NCBI GenBank assembly: GCA_051362555.1
Contig: CM120647.1
Coordinates: 14,360,651-14,424,650, forward strand
Reading direction: 5' to 3'
DNA: 64,000 nucleotides
Origin: Lingula anatina
Taxonomy: Eukaryota > Animalia > Brachiopoda
Made by a program: the position numbers and the translations under genes
The notes under the pieces: model-generated
Databases searched by the model: none
The model's input: only the letters and a program-made list of their open reading frames with translations
What the model was told of the DNA's origin: nothing
In this document: piece by piece, positions 25,034 through 36,466 of the stretch
How the letters are laid out: each line of letters starts with the position of its first letter
Numbering within the stretch: position 1 is the first letter of the stretch

Positions 25034-27486
25034 GCCGACTTGCTGACTGGGGAATACGCTAATACTGGTAAGGATGCCATCCTACTCAGCCTATGTTACT
25101 ACCAAACCTGTGTATCAAACAATGATCACACAAACATCTTGTTTGTATATGTGTAATATGATATCGACAAAATTCATAAAATACCTGAAAATTATAACTG
25201 TCAAAATGAGGGTCCCAGTTATGAAAACAAGTTCCAAAAAAGCCACTGAAATTAGATTTAGCGACGCATTTCAAACACAATCTTCACAAACCACTTGTTT
25301 GTGGCTATGTTCTGGGCACGCTGGCTGGTTGCACGAAGCACATGCATGTGACACTTTCCTGTCAGTGTTGCGTGGGCAAAACGAACAGCGCTTGGGTTTG
25401 CTAGGTACTGCAGCAACTGCGGGCTGCTCTGCACGGTTAGCAGGACCAACACCAATGCTTGCCATTGCTTCCCTAGTTGCTGAATGGAGGTTTGGAATCT
25501 GTGACCTTTTCTCTACATGTGGCTTTACCAGTTCATACCCAAGCTCTCTGAGAAAGACACGACGCCTGTGGGAGCCCTCTGAAGATTTCCAATCAGGGAA
25601 GTTTCCGAGCCAGATAATGAAGGCAGCGATTCCTGCAATGTCTACCATGTTGAAGAATAAGACCATTGGCCATCTGTTGATCTTGCGTCGAGAGGTGTGC
25701 ATTCTTGCCAAGTGGTCAAGGTTGTCTACCCCGCTCTTTGTGTTATTATAATGCAGGATGATGTCTGGCTTTTGCTGATCGCCACTAACACTGTTGTCAT
25801 GGTGCATGGTTGAGAGTGCCAAAACTGCCTTTCCTCGAGCTGGTACATAGGAAACTAGGGTAAGCTGGTCATGGAATCCGAACATTGAGCTATGCTCCTC
25901 TTTCCTGTTGTTTGCTTTCATTTCATCTGGGACATGGGGTTTGTTTGACCTTATAGTGCCCACATAAGTAAGCCCATCATTCAAGAGCCCTTCAGCAAGG
26001 GGGACTGAGGTAAAGAAATTGTCAGCAGTGACATTTCTTCCACTTTTGTACCATGGAGATGTAAGATCTTTGACAACTCTTGCCCCTTGGCCAACCTCTC
26101 GCTGTTCACCTGGTTGCCTACCTAGGTATATGTCTCCTTTCAAGGGGTAGCATGTTTCAGCATCACAGTTCCACCAGATCTTTATGCCATACTTAGATGG
26201 TTTAGAAGGGATGTATTGCCTGAAACTGCACCTGCCTCTGAAAGCTACTAACTGTTCATCTACACAGAGATCAGTACCAGGGATGTAGTATTTGGGTAAC
26301 TGAACTACAAACATAGTCCAAATGTCTCTGAAAGCAGCAAGCTTATCAATGGCCTGTCTGTCTGCTCTGGTTGCTCTGTTATCAAATCGCATGTATTTCA
26401 GAATGTCTCTGAACCTAGTTCTGGACATTGTGGCCTTGAAAACTGGTCTTCCATCTGACTGAGACCAAAGAGAGGCCTGTGGTTCATGGTTATTTTTGTA
26501 CAACCCTGCAATAATGCAAAGCCCAATAACTGCCTTGATCTCAGTACCATCAACTGGTTTCCATTGTTCCTTTTGATTCTCATGGTGATTGTCATTCCAG
26601 TCTCTTATCTTTTGTCTAGCCTCTCTGTTGGTTTCCAGAGCAATAAGATCTACCATCTCAGGTGTAATGAAGAATGAAAACACTGACGGTATGTTATCAC
26701 ATCGTGCTGCATTAGTTATGCCCGGTGTATTGCGGATGATGTCCTGCATGCGGCGACGACCTGCTGGAGGGGGATTTCTCTCCCAGATTGTTCCATTTTT
26801 TCCTGTGTATGGCCTACCCTGGTCAGGCATATCATCGTTTCCCACAGGCTGATCATCTGGTTGGAGTGCTTGTGGCAACGGGTTTTGGCCACGGCCTCTT
26901 CCACGGGCTCGCCCACGTTCTCGGCCACGACTTCTACCTCGAGCTCGTCCCCGACATCTACCTGCCCCCCTTGCAGGCAAATCTTGATCATCAGCATGAG
27001 GTGCTGCAGCTACTGGAGGGACCTCAGATTCTATATCAGAATGGTCTGACATCTCAGAGATATGATCATCATCATTGTCAGATTCCGGCTCATCTCCATC
27101 AATGGAGCTGTTTTCATCATCACTTTGGGCTTGAAGTATTAGTCGCAATGCTTCAGCACCTGTAAATCTTGCTACCCTAGGTCTGTTGGCCATGTTTCAT
27201 TGCAGTACAATGTCAAGTACTTATTAGAAGTGTAGCATATGAATAAAATTTAAAAAGCAATGTTTAAAAACCAATGCTTCTCTTTGGGGTCATAAATGAC
27301 CCCACAAGAGTTTGTGATGTATACGCCACACTAATTGGTTGATCCCTACAAAAAACTGTGAAAGTGTGTAGGATTAGTAGACTGACAAACTCATGTGAGG
27401 AAAAAAAATTCGGATAAAGAATAAAGAGATGGCACATTAAATCATATGGCTGGGGTCGTAAATGACCCCACACGGTCACTTGAGGG
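24628..27486 (-). mobile_element. Full-length piggyBac DNA transposon (2859 bp)
   Basis: TTAA at 24624-24627 and 27487-27490; 14-bp TIRs CCCTCAAG(A/T)GACCG; subterminal palindromes GGGGTC.....TGACCCC at 24671-24688, 27286-27303 and 27452-27469. Confidence 0.95.
25271..27193 (-). CDS. piggyBac transposase (PGBD4-like), intact 640 aa
   Basis: Acidic N-terminus; DDD triad (CVDEQL, TADNFFTS, GVDNLD); YIPSKPSKYGIK; C-terminal Cys-rich domain RCSFC...CASCNQPACPEH...CEDC. Confidence 0.95.
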   Translation of the reverse strand: MANRPRVARFTGAEALRLILQAQSDDENSSIDGDEPESDNDDDHISEMSDHSDIESEVPPVAAAPHADDQDLPARGAGRCRGRARGRSRGRERGRARGRGRGQNPLPQALQPDDQPVGNDDMPDQGRPYTGKNGTIWERNPPPAGRRRMQDIIRNTPGITNAARCDNIPSVFSFFITPEMVDLIALETNREARQKIRDWNDNHHENQKEQWKPVDGTEIKAVIGLCIIAGLYKNNHEPQASLWSQSDGRPVFKATMSRTRFRDILKYMRFDNRATRADRQAIDKLAAFRDIWTMFVVQLPKYYIPGTDLCVDEQLVAFRGRCSFRQYIPSKPSKYGIKIWWNCDAETCYPLKGDIYLGRQPGEQREVGQGARVVKDLTSPWYKSGRNVTADNFFTSVPLAEGLLNDGLTYVGTIRSNKPHVPDEMKANNRKEEHSSMFGFHDQLTLVSYVPARGKAVLALSTMHHDNSVSGDQQKPDIILHYNNTKSGVDNLDHLARMHTSRRKINRWPMVLFFNMVDIAGIAAFIIWLGNFPDWKSSEGSHRRRVFLRELGYELVKPHVEKRSQIPNLHSATREAMASIGVGPANRAEQPAVAAVPSKPKRCSFCPRNTDRKVSHACASCNQPACPEHSHKQVVCEDCV

Positions 27487-27989
27487 TTAAACGAGGTCTC
27501 CTTATATAAGCTGACGTTATGAGTTACTATTCATTCAGCCAAGAGTCAAACTAGTAAACGTGTACAGTGTATAACGATCATTGTGATTTTTATTTTCGGG
27601 GTTGTAGTTTTTGATATTATTTATTCACATATACTGTTGGAAATGTGTAAAAAATATGTTAAAATATGTTATTGAATTGGTGCGGAAATTACAATAAAAG
27701 CCACAGGGTGTTAACACGCTTACTTCAGTTTGGCCTCTGTGGCAAGTAGTACAAGCTTTAATTGTTGTTGTTTTTTATTTGAATCAATAGTGAAGAATTT
27801 ACAAATTGTTTATGTTCGTTTGAATAGATGAATAAAAACATAACGAACATTTGGCTTACAAATGAGCATAGATGTTGTCGGTTAGCCAAATTCGAAGCAG
27901 ATATTTGATATTAGACTAGAATTTCTTCGCATTTTTGAATCGGAGTCATATGAATAACATCCAACGTGTGAATACATTACGTTAATAAT

Positions 27990-27997
27990 TCACACAC

Positions 27998-28040
<43 letters not shown>
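27990..28040. repeat. (CA)n microsatellite; paralogous tracts at ~38147-38185 and ~46403-46473
   Basis: Direct reading; same flank (aataattcacac) in the duplicated units. Confidence 0.85.
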
Positions 28041-28043
<3 letters not shown>

Positions 28044-28483
28044 CGGCAAGGGGCAGTTTACTCACAAACCATGGCGATGCGAATTGTCAGCAGGGGGAAA
28101 GGTTTAAGTACAGGTCTTTGTAGCAGCGAGAGCTTCATGAAGAGAAGTATTTCAATTAAAGAGCTATATTGTAGCATGGGGGCATTTCACCTTGTTAAAA
28201 CACATTATTATGTTGTCAAGGTACACTTGGATCAAAAAACAAAACAAACATTTCTTCAATTCTCGGTTACAGACATTTTTCCTCCACCGAGAACGTGTTA
28301 TTTTATTTAATCGTTTGTTAATAAAAAAAGTCAAAACAAATATAAATATATGAACAGATCTAATTAAAACTTTTAATAAATATAAGAAATGGGCAAGCTT
28401 AAATTTTATAACATTTGGTGATAATCAATGAATTAACAGATTAATTAATTATGAGAAAAGAATACCATAGAGGAGGTCTCTAG

Positions 28484-28486
<3 letters not shown>

Positions 28487-28555
<69 letters not shown>
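28487..28555. repeat. (TA)n microsatellite
   Basis: Direct reading. Confidence 0.9.
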
Positions 28556-28558
<3 letters not shown>

Positions 28559-29111
28559 CTAGCCGAGGGACACAGATCCGTAGACAAAACGAACATTGAA
28601 TAAATTCACAGTTAAAAAAAACGCACTGTATGAATGCATTTTAATATGTTCAACTAACGTATGGTCGCCTCTCCATAGCACCCCACAAGCCGGTAAAGAA
28701 TTTCAAGATGCGCATTCGTTTGGCTACTTCAAGAATTCTTAATTACCTAGTTTTCATGTGAGCGAGGAAAGAAGGCGTTGGATGATAAATTTACACTTAT
28801 GAAACTGCCTTATCAAATTGATTGCAGATCACAGCTTATTAGTCTAGTGGGATTTCCACAAAATATGAATAATAGGGGCATTTTGGGGTAAAAGTTGGGA
28901 ACCAGGCTTAATAGCATAATTTTGAGATGCTGAATCCGATTAACCCGGTTCCCAAGCGAAATTTTGCGTTTTTGTCCAACGGGAGATTAAATGTTGCATC
29001 ATACGCAATCAAGACCTATAAATGTTCTTATTTTGTTCCATACGGTTAATATTCATCGATGAAATGACGCCATGCAGCTGTGACTTGAAAACAGCGGAAA
29101 TCAACAACCTG

Positions 29112-32100
29112 GGCCGACTTTCACGAAACGTTTCGCAGGTTGCGCATTCGCTATGGTTTGCGCAATTGCGCTAATTTTTTTTGCGTAGCTTTCTCGAAAC
29201 AATTCGCAATTTTTTTCGCTGTTAGCGCACGACGTCGTGCCCGGAAGTAAATATTGTAATCTCGAAACACTGCTCTTCGGGCCGCGGAGGCAAGGAATAT
29301 GACAACAAATGCTCGTGCTCTGGATGTGTAGAACGCCGTTTGTAGGCCTACAAAAATGATTAAAGTATCATTTTGAAAAGATTTTTTTGGGGGGGAGGAG
29401 GTGCTAACATTATTTTGAGATAGTCACTTTCAACATTTGAGAGAAAAGTATTTTTTACAAAAGTCGTTTCATCATTTTGCTTGTCGAGTCTTATCGTTTT
29501 GAGATACCGACATAAAATATATTTAAAAATATTTCAAAAATGCATAAAAAGTAAAGGCGTCTTATTAAACATAAAGATTAGTGATGGTTGACGTGGATGC
29601 ATATGTCGTCTAAATTCACCTGGGGCTCGCAAATGGCCGTCCCGCAACCGCCTGATATGAGAGTCTCCATAGAGGAGAATAATCGGTCCACCTTGCTTTC
29701 CAGACATGGTTAGAGTGATGGATACACTTGCACTTGCTTTTATTCGGACACTTGGGTTGCAAACATTATAGTTATCCCATTATCTTTGATCTTATGAACA
29801 CCTGTCCCCATCTTTTCATTTAAATACTGATATTGTTATTACTAATATCTTTCTTTCATCAAGATAACACTGCCATATAAGAGCACTGCTACTGTATTTA
29901 ATCAAATTCCAACACTACATTTGGATCTATAAATAACATAAGTGATGCTAGAGTTATTAAATAAAACATCTTACAAAATTTCTGGTTATATTTTGGCTAA
30001 TAAACAACATTTCAACAAGATATTTACTCCCGTCCCAAAGTTTTCTCATATTAGAAAATTAACCAGGTTTTGACAGAAAAGTAACACCGACTAATGCTAT
30101 TGGTATGCATAGTCGGGCGTGAATTGTCAATAAACAATTGTTTTATTATTTTTACATCTGATTTTTCTGTATGCTTATGGCCGTCCTTCATTCAATTATT
30201 CTAAAAACGGAGTAGGGTAAAACCATGGATTTTTATAGACAAAAATGACTGATAGTTATATAAACTTTATTTATTGAAATAACCGCATTCAGTGCTGAGT
30301 CCGTTCTCCGCACGCTCGACTGTATCGTTGAACGCTTGTTGAATCTAAAGGCAACCTGGCTATATCGATGTTTACTGTATACTTATGAACGTTTTTTTTT
30401 TTTTCCTTTTTTTCATTTTGGAAGACTAGTATACAGTAGTAAACATCGTTTTACGTGGTTTTCAATGCAACAAATGAGACAATCGATCGAGTCTGGTTCA
30501 CCGTTTTGAAAACGTCTACAGACCCGCGTTCATTACGTTGTTTTTTCCAATAAAACACCATCGTTACATTTCTAACTATTATCTGATTTTACACTTCTTT
30601 CATATGGGACAACGCTTGTGGACGGTATTTATAGCTTGTGGACTGTTGTGTGGACGGTAATATACAGACTTGACATTTAATATGGAATATTTTTTTCGAA
30701 ATAATTTTTTATCAGTTTTTTCCTATTTTGCGGACTGATAAATGAAAATAAGGATTAAAATCGTGTTTTAATAACTTTAAATTATCTATTTGATGTCATT
30801 GTGACATCAGTTCATTAATGGAATTCGCCAGAGAAACAAACAAAAACACATTGCCTATTCTATGTCATACGACTCCCATTAAAAGAGATATTTTGGATCT
30901 CCATAGTTTCCAAATTATCGTCTGTAAAAGGGTAATACGCTCCACAAAAGACCCTCATGTCAGTTGCTAGTCACAGTAATGGTCGTTGTTACGCCTGGCC
31001 TCTTCGTGGCTGTTGCCAGCGCTCTCAAGCGGCAAGGCATTTCTTGAGGGTAGGTTTTTAGAGTTCAATCTGGAATAGCATTCTAGGCATCGGTCTGAAA
31101 TTGTCCAATCTGGTCCAGTTTTGTTGTAGGACATGTAGGCAGTTGATTGGTGAGTAATGGTCTACCGAAATATTGTCTATGCGGTTCAAATATGGCGATT
31201 TTGATGACCAGGGTAGCTGCTCATCCCCTTGGTTCTGTAAGTTATCTGCTATTAAAAGTGCTCTGTGTGAACCTGCAACCTCATCGTGCAACCTAGAATT
31301 GTTCCTAAGGTGCCCCCTATCAAATGATAGTCAAGTGGTTCCGAGATTATCCCTTTATTTGATCTGGTTCAGGTTTTCGTCGATGACTACCATTGGTGTT
31401 TTGGCACCAATGTGGAATCTACTCCAAATACTGACGCTGTCAATCACCCTTGTCACTTTAGACCCGGCATATGCTTCGTCGTAGGCCTCTTCTGGATATC
31501 TGTAAACTCTGTTTTGACTAATTGGGCGTTACAGGTGAAATCTGACCTCAATAAAGAAAGCCACGCAGTTTCAGTGTTCTACCCAGAATCGTTCATGGCC
31601 CCCAATTCATTAGAGAAACAGACGACGATGTTTTGCTGTATACAGTGGGTACCTCGGAGGTCATTAGGTGTTCTTACCTGCTAAAACCAGTTTGGTGTTC
31701 GCTAAGGGCTTTGAAAATCGCATTTTAGTGGCAATTTACCCCTCGTTCTGAACGGACTAAGTGTTTTTTGTTTAGTTGCAGCAGCGTATCCCGAAAGACA
31801 GTGGGTCCTGTACCCTGTAGGTAAAATTTTGATACATTGGGGGTGACCTCTGTGTAGGTACATCAGTCTGGGCATTACTCTATAAAACTGCGGGGACCGT
31901 TCCGTTTGGCGCTATGATCTGTCTGGTGATGTCTGTCTTTTTCGCGCCATTCTGCCTTAGATTAACAAATTTGTAATGCACTTCTTGACTCATCTTACGC
32001 ACTGCAAAACTGGCCGCTTGCATGCAAAATTTCAAATTTTTCTATGCAGTAGTTGCTGAAATATGGATACTTTTTTGACAGAACCAAGCTTTGCCTAAGC

Positions 32101-32611
32101 CAAGCTTTGATCAGCCCAAAGGAACACTACCCAATTAAATCACTGCAAATTACATAGTGTAGCAGCGTAACATGCATGAAAGTCAGTTAATTGGTAGTGA
32201 CACACATGACTGCATACTTTTACATTCACAAATCTTATATGAAATCGGAGTTTTTTGAAAAAAGAACGTATTTTTACCTAGGTATACCTTCGAAACTGAA
32301 ATATTCCATATTAAATGTCAAGTCTGTAAGTGCTTGTGGACGGTAGTGGTCGGTTGTAGACAGTAATTAGGTACACCGGGTACATGTAAATTCGCCTATT
32401 TTCGTTTAGAATGACAAGAAAAGCTACGCGAACGCCAAAGTACGCTTGCGAAAAGTCTTAGCGACAGGGTCCGACCTGTACCAAATATCTTGCGCAAATA
32501 GCGCAATATTTTGCGCAAAATTACATTGCGAAACGTTCGTGAAAGGGTCTGTTTGCAAAAAGGGACTTTGCGCAATTGCGCAAACTGCGAAACGTTTCGT
32601 GAAAGCCGGCC
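29112..32611. mobile_element. Non-autonomous PIF/Harbinger-type element containing a nested Tc1
   Basis: TIR GGCCG(A/G)CTTTCACGAAACGTTTCGCAG at both ends; 3-bp CTG TSD (29109-29111, 32612-32614); removal restores the promoter module seen in paralogues (aatcaacaa...gttaa.aaaca.cg.ttcctgt). Confidence 0.8.
30665..32326 (-). mobile_element. Tc1/mariner element copy 1 (1662 bp), degenerate transposase
   Basis: TA TSDs; 28-bp TIR CAGACTTGACATTTAATATGGAATATTT; remnant LPWSSKSPYLNRIDNI (cf. WPxxSPDLNPIEN) and HDEVAGSHRA (cf. QDNAxxH). Confidence 0.9.
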
Positions 32612-33268
32612 CTGGTTAAAAAACAGCGATTCCTGTTCATGACTTGTGTCTACGAGTGGTTTGTGGGGTATAGAAGGCATGCACATTTGACAAAGCCATA
32701 CACCCTATCCATTAAGCTTGTATATCACAGCAAATTGAGAGTTTACAAAGTACAAGTTGGGCAATTAACTACAAATACATTAAATCACAACACATCTCTG
32801 TTAATAATTGGGAAAAAGTCCAAACGAGAACAGAGACATCTTTAAAATTGCAATATCTGTAAACTGTTGAAGTTATTGAAATTTGAAATGAATAATTTTT
32901 ATTTATTTATTTATTTATTTCATATATTTATTTATTTATTTATTATTATTATTATCGTTATTATTATTATTACATGTGCTTTTCTACATGTAGTTAGTTA
33001 TTAGAATGCCATTAGAAGAGATGGATTAACATACTGTAAACTGTATAAAGTGTATGAGGATGACGTTTTCTTTCAAATGTTTCACATTAAGATTTTTCCT
33101 GATGTTATTGTGGAACGGGCTTATGCTTTTCGAAGTTTTCTTTATTAAAGAATGCGTTTATTATGTCTGGTACTGGTTAAATTCGATCATCAATCAAAAA
33201 AAAACACCAGCTGCAAAGCGGTGTCACTGAATGTGATGACTTCGGTGAAAAGTGAAATTTTTTCCAAC

Positions 33269-33600
33269 GGGAGATTAAATGTTGCATCATACACAATGAA
33301 GACCCATAAATGTTCTTATTTTGTTCTATACGGATAATATTCATCGATGAAATGACGTCATGCAGCTGTCATTTGAAAACAAAGTGCGGAAATCAACAAA
33401 CTGTGGTTAAGAAACAACGGTTCCTGTCTACCAGGGGTTTTGTAGGGTATAAAAGTCATGCACGTTTAACAAAACCATTCACCCTGTCCATTCAGCTTGA
33501 ATATCAAAGCAACTGAGAGTTAACAAAGTACAAGTTGGACAAACAACTACAAATACATTAAATCTTAACAAATCTCCGTGAATTGATGGGAAAAATTCCA
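33269..33600 (+). promoter_or_regulatory. Putative promoter module of GPCR paralogue 1 (TATAAAA at 33448, 153 bp before ATG)
   Basis: Conserved in all three gene-proximal copies; contains TGACGTCA (CRE-like), CAGCTG E-box and TATA. Function is inferred. Confidence 0.5.
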
Positions 33601-34806
33601 ATGGAGAACCTGTCAAGCACCGTAGAGACATCTTTCAACATATCCGAGGAACCCGGGCATAATGTGTCAACCATGCTGACGGTGTATTGCACTGAACCAG
33701 CTTGCGTTCCTTTGGTTGCAATCACTTTAATAATTGGGATGATTGGAATGTTTGCAAATAGCCTCATCATCGTGTCGTTTTGCAAGTTCGAAGAAATCCG
33801 ATGTCAGGCCCACTATGCCATCGTAAGCTTCGCCTGTCTTGATTTCCTCACTGGGTTGGTCAGCATCCCGCTCTTCGAAATATCGACGAACTTAGTGAAT
33901 GTGATCCCTGGCCTTAGCCATGTAACATTGAGCAAGCACTTCTGTTTGTTCAAAACATTTTTTGCGGGCGTGATGGTTTATCTTAAATTCCTACACCAAC
34001 TTTTCATCGCTACTGAAAGATACCTAAAGATATGCCACCATTTCAAATGCGTCACGCTAATAACTAACAAGAGACTTGTCATTGCTTTGGCCTGCGTGTG
34101 GCTTTACGGGATAGCTGTGACCCTCATCCCGTTACTTGCCTGGCACACCTGGGAGCCGGGATATACAGGAAGCGGTTTCGTCAATAATGAGAACGTTGTG
34201 CCTTACCTTACCTTCTCGCATGTCATGATTTCCGTTGTAGCCGCATGTGTCCAGTACATAGGAATATATTTCCACGTCAAACAACAAGCAAAAGCAATGA
34301 ACGAATTCAAGAAGAAAACCGTTAAAGGAACTCAACTGGGTACCGCCACTGCTCCGCAGAAAACTTGCGCAGACCAGGTTTGTCAAAAAGAAAAAGCACG
34401 GGTGGCAAACGAAACGTCGGGTAAAGTTCCAGAGCTCAGTTCGAAAAATGAAGTGAGTGAAACGGGCTCAGCACAAAGGTCCATGGCCAACACTCCCAAG
34501 AAACCACGGTATGTAAAGGCATCTCAGCTTACCCAGCAAAAATGTTTTGAAATTGCGCAGAATAAAAGGGAGATCCAAGTGGCAAAATCTACATCAATTG
34601 CTGCAGGTTTTATCGTTTTCTTGTCCATTCCTATCTTTTTTGTTAATTTCGCAGTGAACAATTTCAAGGATGATCCGGTTGGTATCTTCTACAATATCTC
34701 AATAATAATTATAGGCATTAGTTCGTTCGCCTGTCCTATCATATATGCCACATTTAACACAAAAATGAGAAGAGCTTTTTTGAGGTTGCTTAAATGTAGT
34801 AGTTAA
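33601..34806 (+). CDS. Intronless class A GPCR, tandem paralogue 1 (401 aa from conserved MENLSS start)
   Basis: 7TM; AN (TM1), SFACLD (TM2), FC...ATERYLKIC (TM3), long ICL3, FLSIP (TM6), CPIIY (TM7), KMRRAF helix 8. An upstream in-frame ATG at 33586 is not conserved in paralogues. Confidence 0.92.
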   Translation: MENLSSTVETSFNISEEPGHNVSTMLTVYCTEPACVPLVAITLIIGMIGMFANSLIIVSFCKFEEIRCQAHYAIVSFACLDFLTGLVSIPLFEISTNLVNVIPGLSHVTLSKHFCLFKTFFAGVMVYLKFLHQLFIATERYLKICHHFKCVTLITNKRLVIALACVWLYGIAVTLIPLLAWHTWEPGYTGSGFVNNENVVPYLTFSHVMISVVAACVQYIGIYFHVKQQAKAMNEFKKKTVKGTQLGTATAPQKTCADQVCQKEKARVANETSGKVPELSSKNEVSETGSAQRSMANTPKKPRYVKASQLTQQKCFEIAQNKREIQVAKSTSIAAGFIVFLSIPIFFVNFAVNNFKDDPVGIFYNISIIIIGISSFACPIIYATFNTKMRRAFLRLLKCSS

Positions 34807-34948
34807 AAAGCAAGTCCGAATTAATTTGGTAGGTGTTAGAGAAACTTATTTTATTGACAAGGCATTGTTAAAGTATTTAAATTGCACCGGAAAAGTTCCT
34901 TTAAATGGTACGTTATGTCAAAATATTGCAATTCAAAATCGCACTTAA

Positions 34949-35324
34949 AGATGCATACAAAGTCAATTTTTTGTCACAAAAACCAACCAAATGCCAGCAT
35001 ATAGTTTCAAGTAGTATAACTAAGAGAATTACCAAAAGGCATTGTTTAATTTTACCCGAAAATGATGTTTGAACAGATTTTTCTGCCGGCATTCTAAGCT
35101 GTATGTCAATGGGGCAGGAAAGTAGGTCACGGAAGTAGGTTAAATTTACAACCATAAATTTAAAAAAGGAGCAGTCTAAAGGTCTTTTATGGCTGATAGA
35201 GTGATCTATTCAGTTTATCCCTTGGCATGTCGAATTTATTTGAGTCATATGAGAATCTAGTAGAAGTGGTTTACATGTGTTACTCAGAATCCACACTCCA
35301 CCGATGCTCGGTTCGTATGTACCT
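34949..35324. mobile_element. 376-bp TTAA-inserted MITE (Kolobok-like)
   Basis: TTAA|AGATGCATAC...GTATGTACCT|TTAA; empty site cacttaattgtccgggt in the paralogous flank at ~57025. Confidence 0.8.
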
Positions 35325-36352
35325 TTAATTGTCCGGGTACGCATATTTCATATTTTATTTTCTGTAATTACGTTTTAGAGATTTGAATGATTTCTTTATA
35401 ATTCCCGGTGAATGATTCCCTTTTGTATCCAACGTATACTTACAGGTATATTCACCATCGTATTTGTTTATCGGACGAGATTTCGACAAACAACTGTATA
35501 AGCTCTTTACGATAGCCATATTTCAAATAAATAGAGGGTTTGTGCCTTTGGGTCCTTTTATTCTAAATGGATGGGCTCTTGCTGACGGTCGACGATTGCC
35601 TAATATATTGCCTACAAACGCTTATAGAACTGGAGCAGCACGTAAAATATTAGAGAACAATTGTTACAGGTGAAAATATAAAGAAGGTAAAGATCATCTC
35701 TATATCTGTAGTTGCGTGATTTGAAGACCGCTTCTTATGGTAAAATAGTGCTTTGAATTTAAGAAGAATCTTATTATTCCTATTGGTATAATTCTACCTT
35801 CATGTCGTTATTACCTCATCTCTAAATTATGCTCCGTATTCAATTGCTGTAGAGGAGCGCAAAGACTGTAGGTAGAGTTGTTTCACAACGTTAAATTGCC
35901 TCAGAGAAGGATAGCGTGTTTAGCGTGAGGTTGTGCGTTATGCACGACAGCATTTTTTTCTGTGTGGTTGCTAGGTAAGATTCTTTTACGACTTTCTGCA
36001 TTTATATGAGGAGAATACAATGTATGCATGCCAGTTCACAAAATAATTTGCCATTTTTGTAAAAATGAAACAGAAGATGAATTTCATTGAAATGGTATGA
36101 TTTCTATTATAAGGCAGTTTTTTTATGTGCATAGGTCTATGTCTTTAAAATATTTTAGAATAAGTGAAAACAACTAAACAATTGTCTAAAAACAACGTAT
36201 GACATTTATCAAGCACGAGGCTATAAGAAGTAATGACTTATAACCCAGAAGGACTGAATGTTTGTCATTTACTGTAACGTTTGGTGCTATGACGAAAGAA
36301 TGAATGACTGAATGATTTCTGAACTACGCATTACATCACAAATTCTTGTCAA

Positions 36353-36466
36353 CAAGGGCGTCCGCAGAAAATTTTCAAGGTGGGATCAAAGTCATTGAAG
36401 GGGAAGATAATGATTGACTGGGTACCTGCAATTAACGTGCCTGCCAAAATTCCAGGGACGCCCATG
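36353..36466. mobile_element. 114-bp hAT-like MITE
   Basis: 8-bp TSD CTTGTCAA (36345-36352, 36467-36474); TIR CA(A/T)GGGCGTCC; empty site cttgtcaagtatt at ~49368. Confidence 0.85.

Noticed and set aside
25074-27165. Antisense and alternate-frame ORFs over the piggyBac (e.g. 25074-25751, 26788-27165)
   Set aside because: Shadow ORFs of the transposase with no recognisable motifs.
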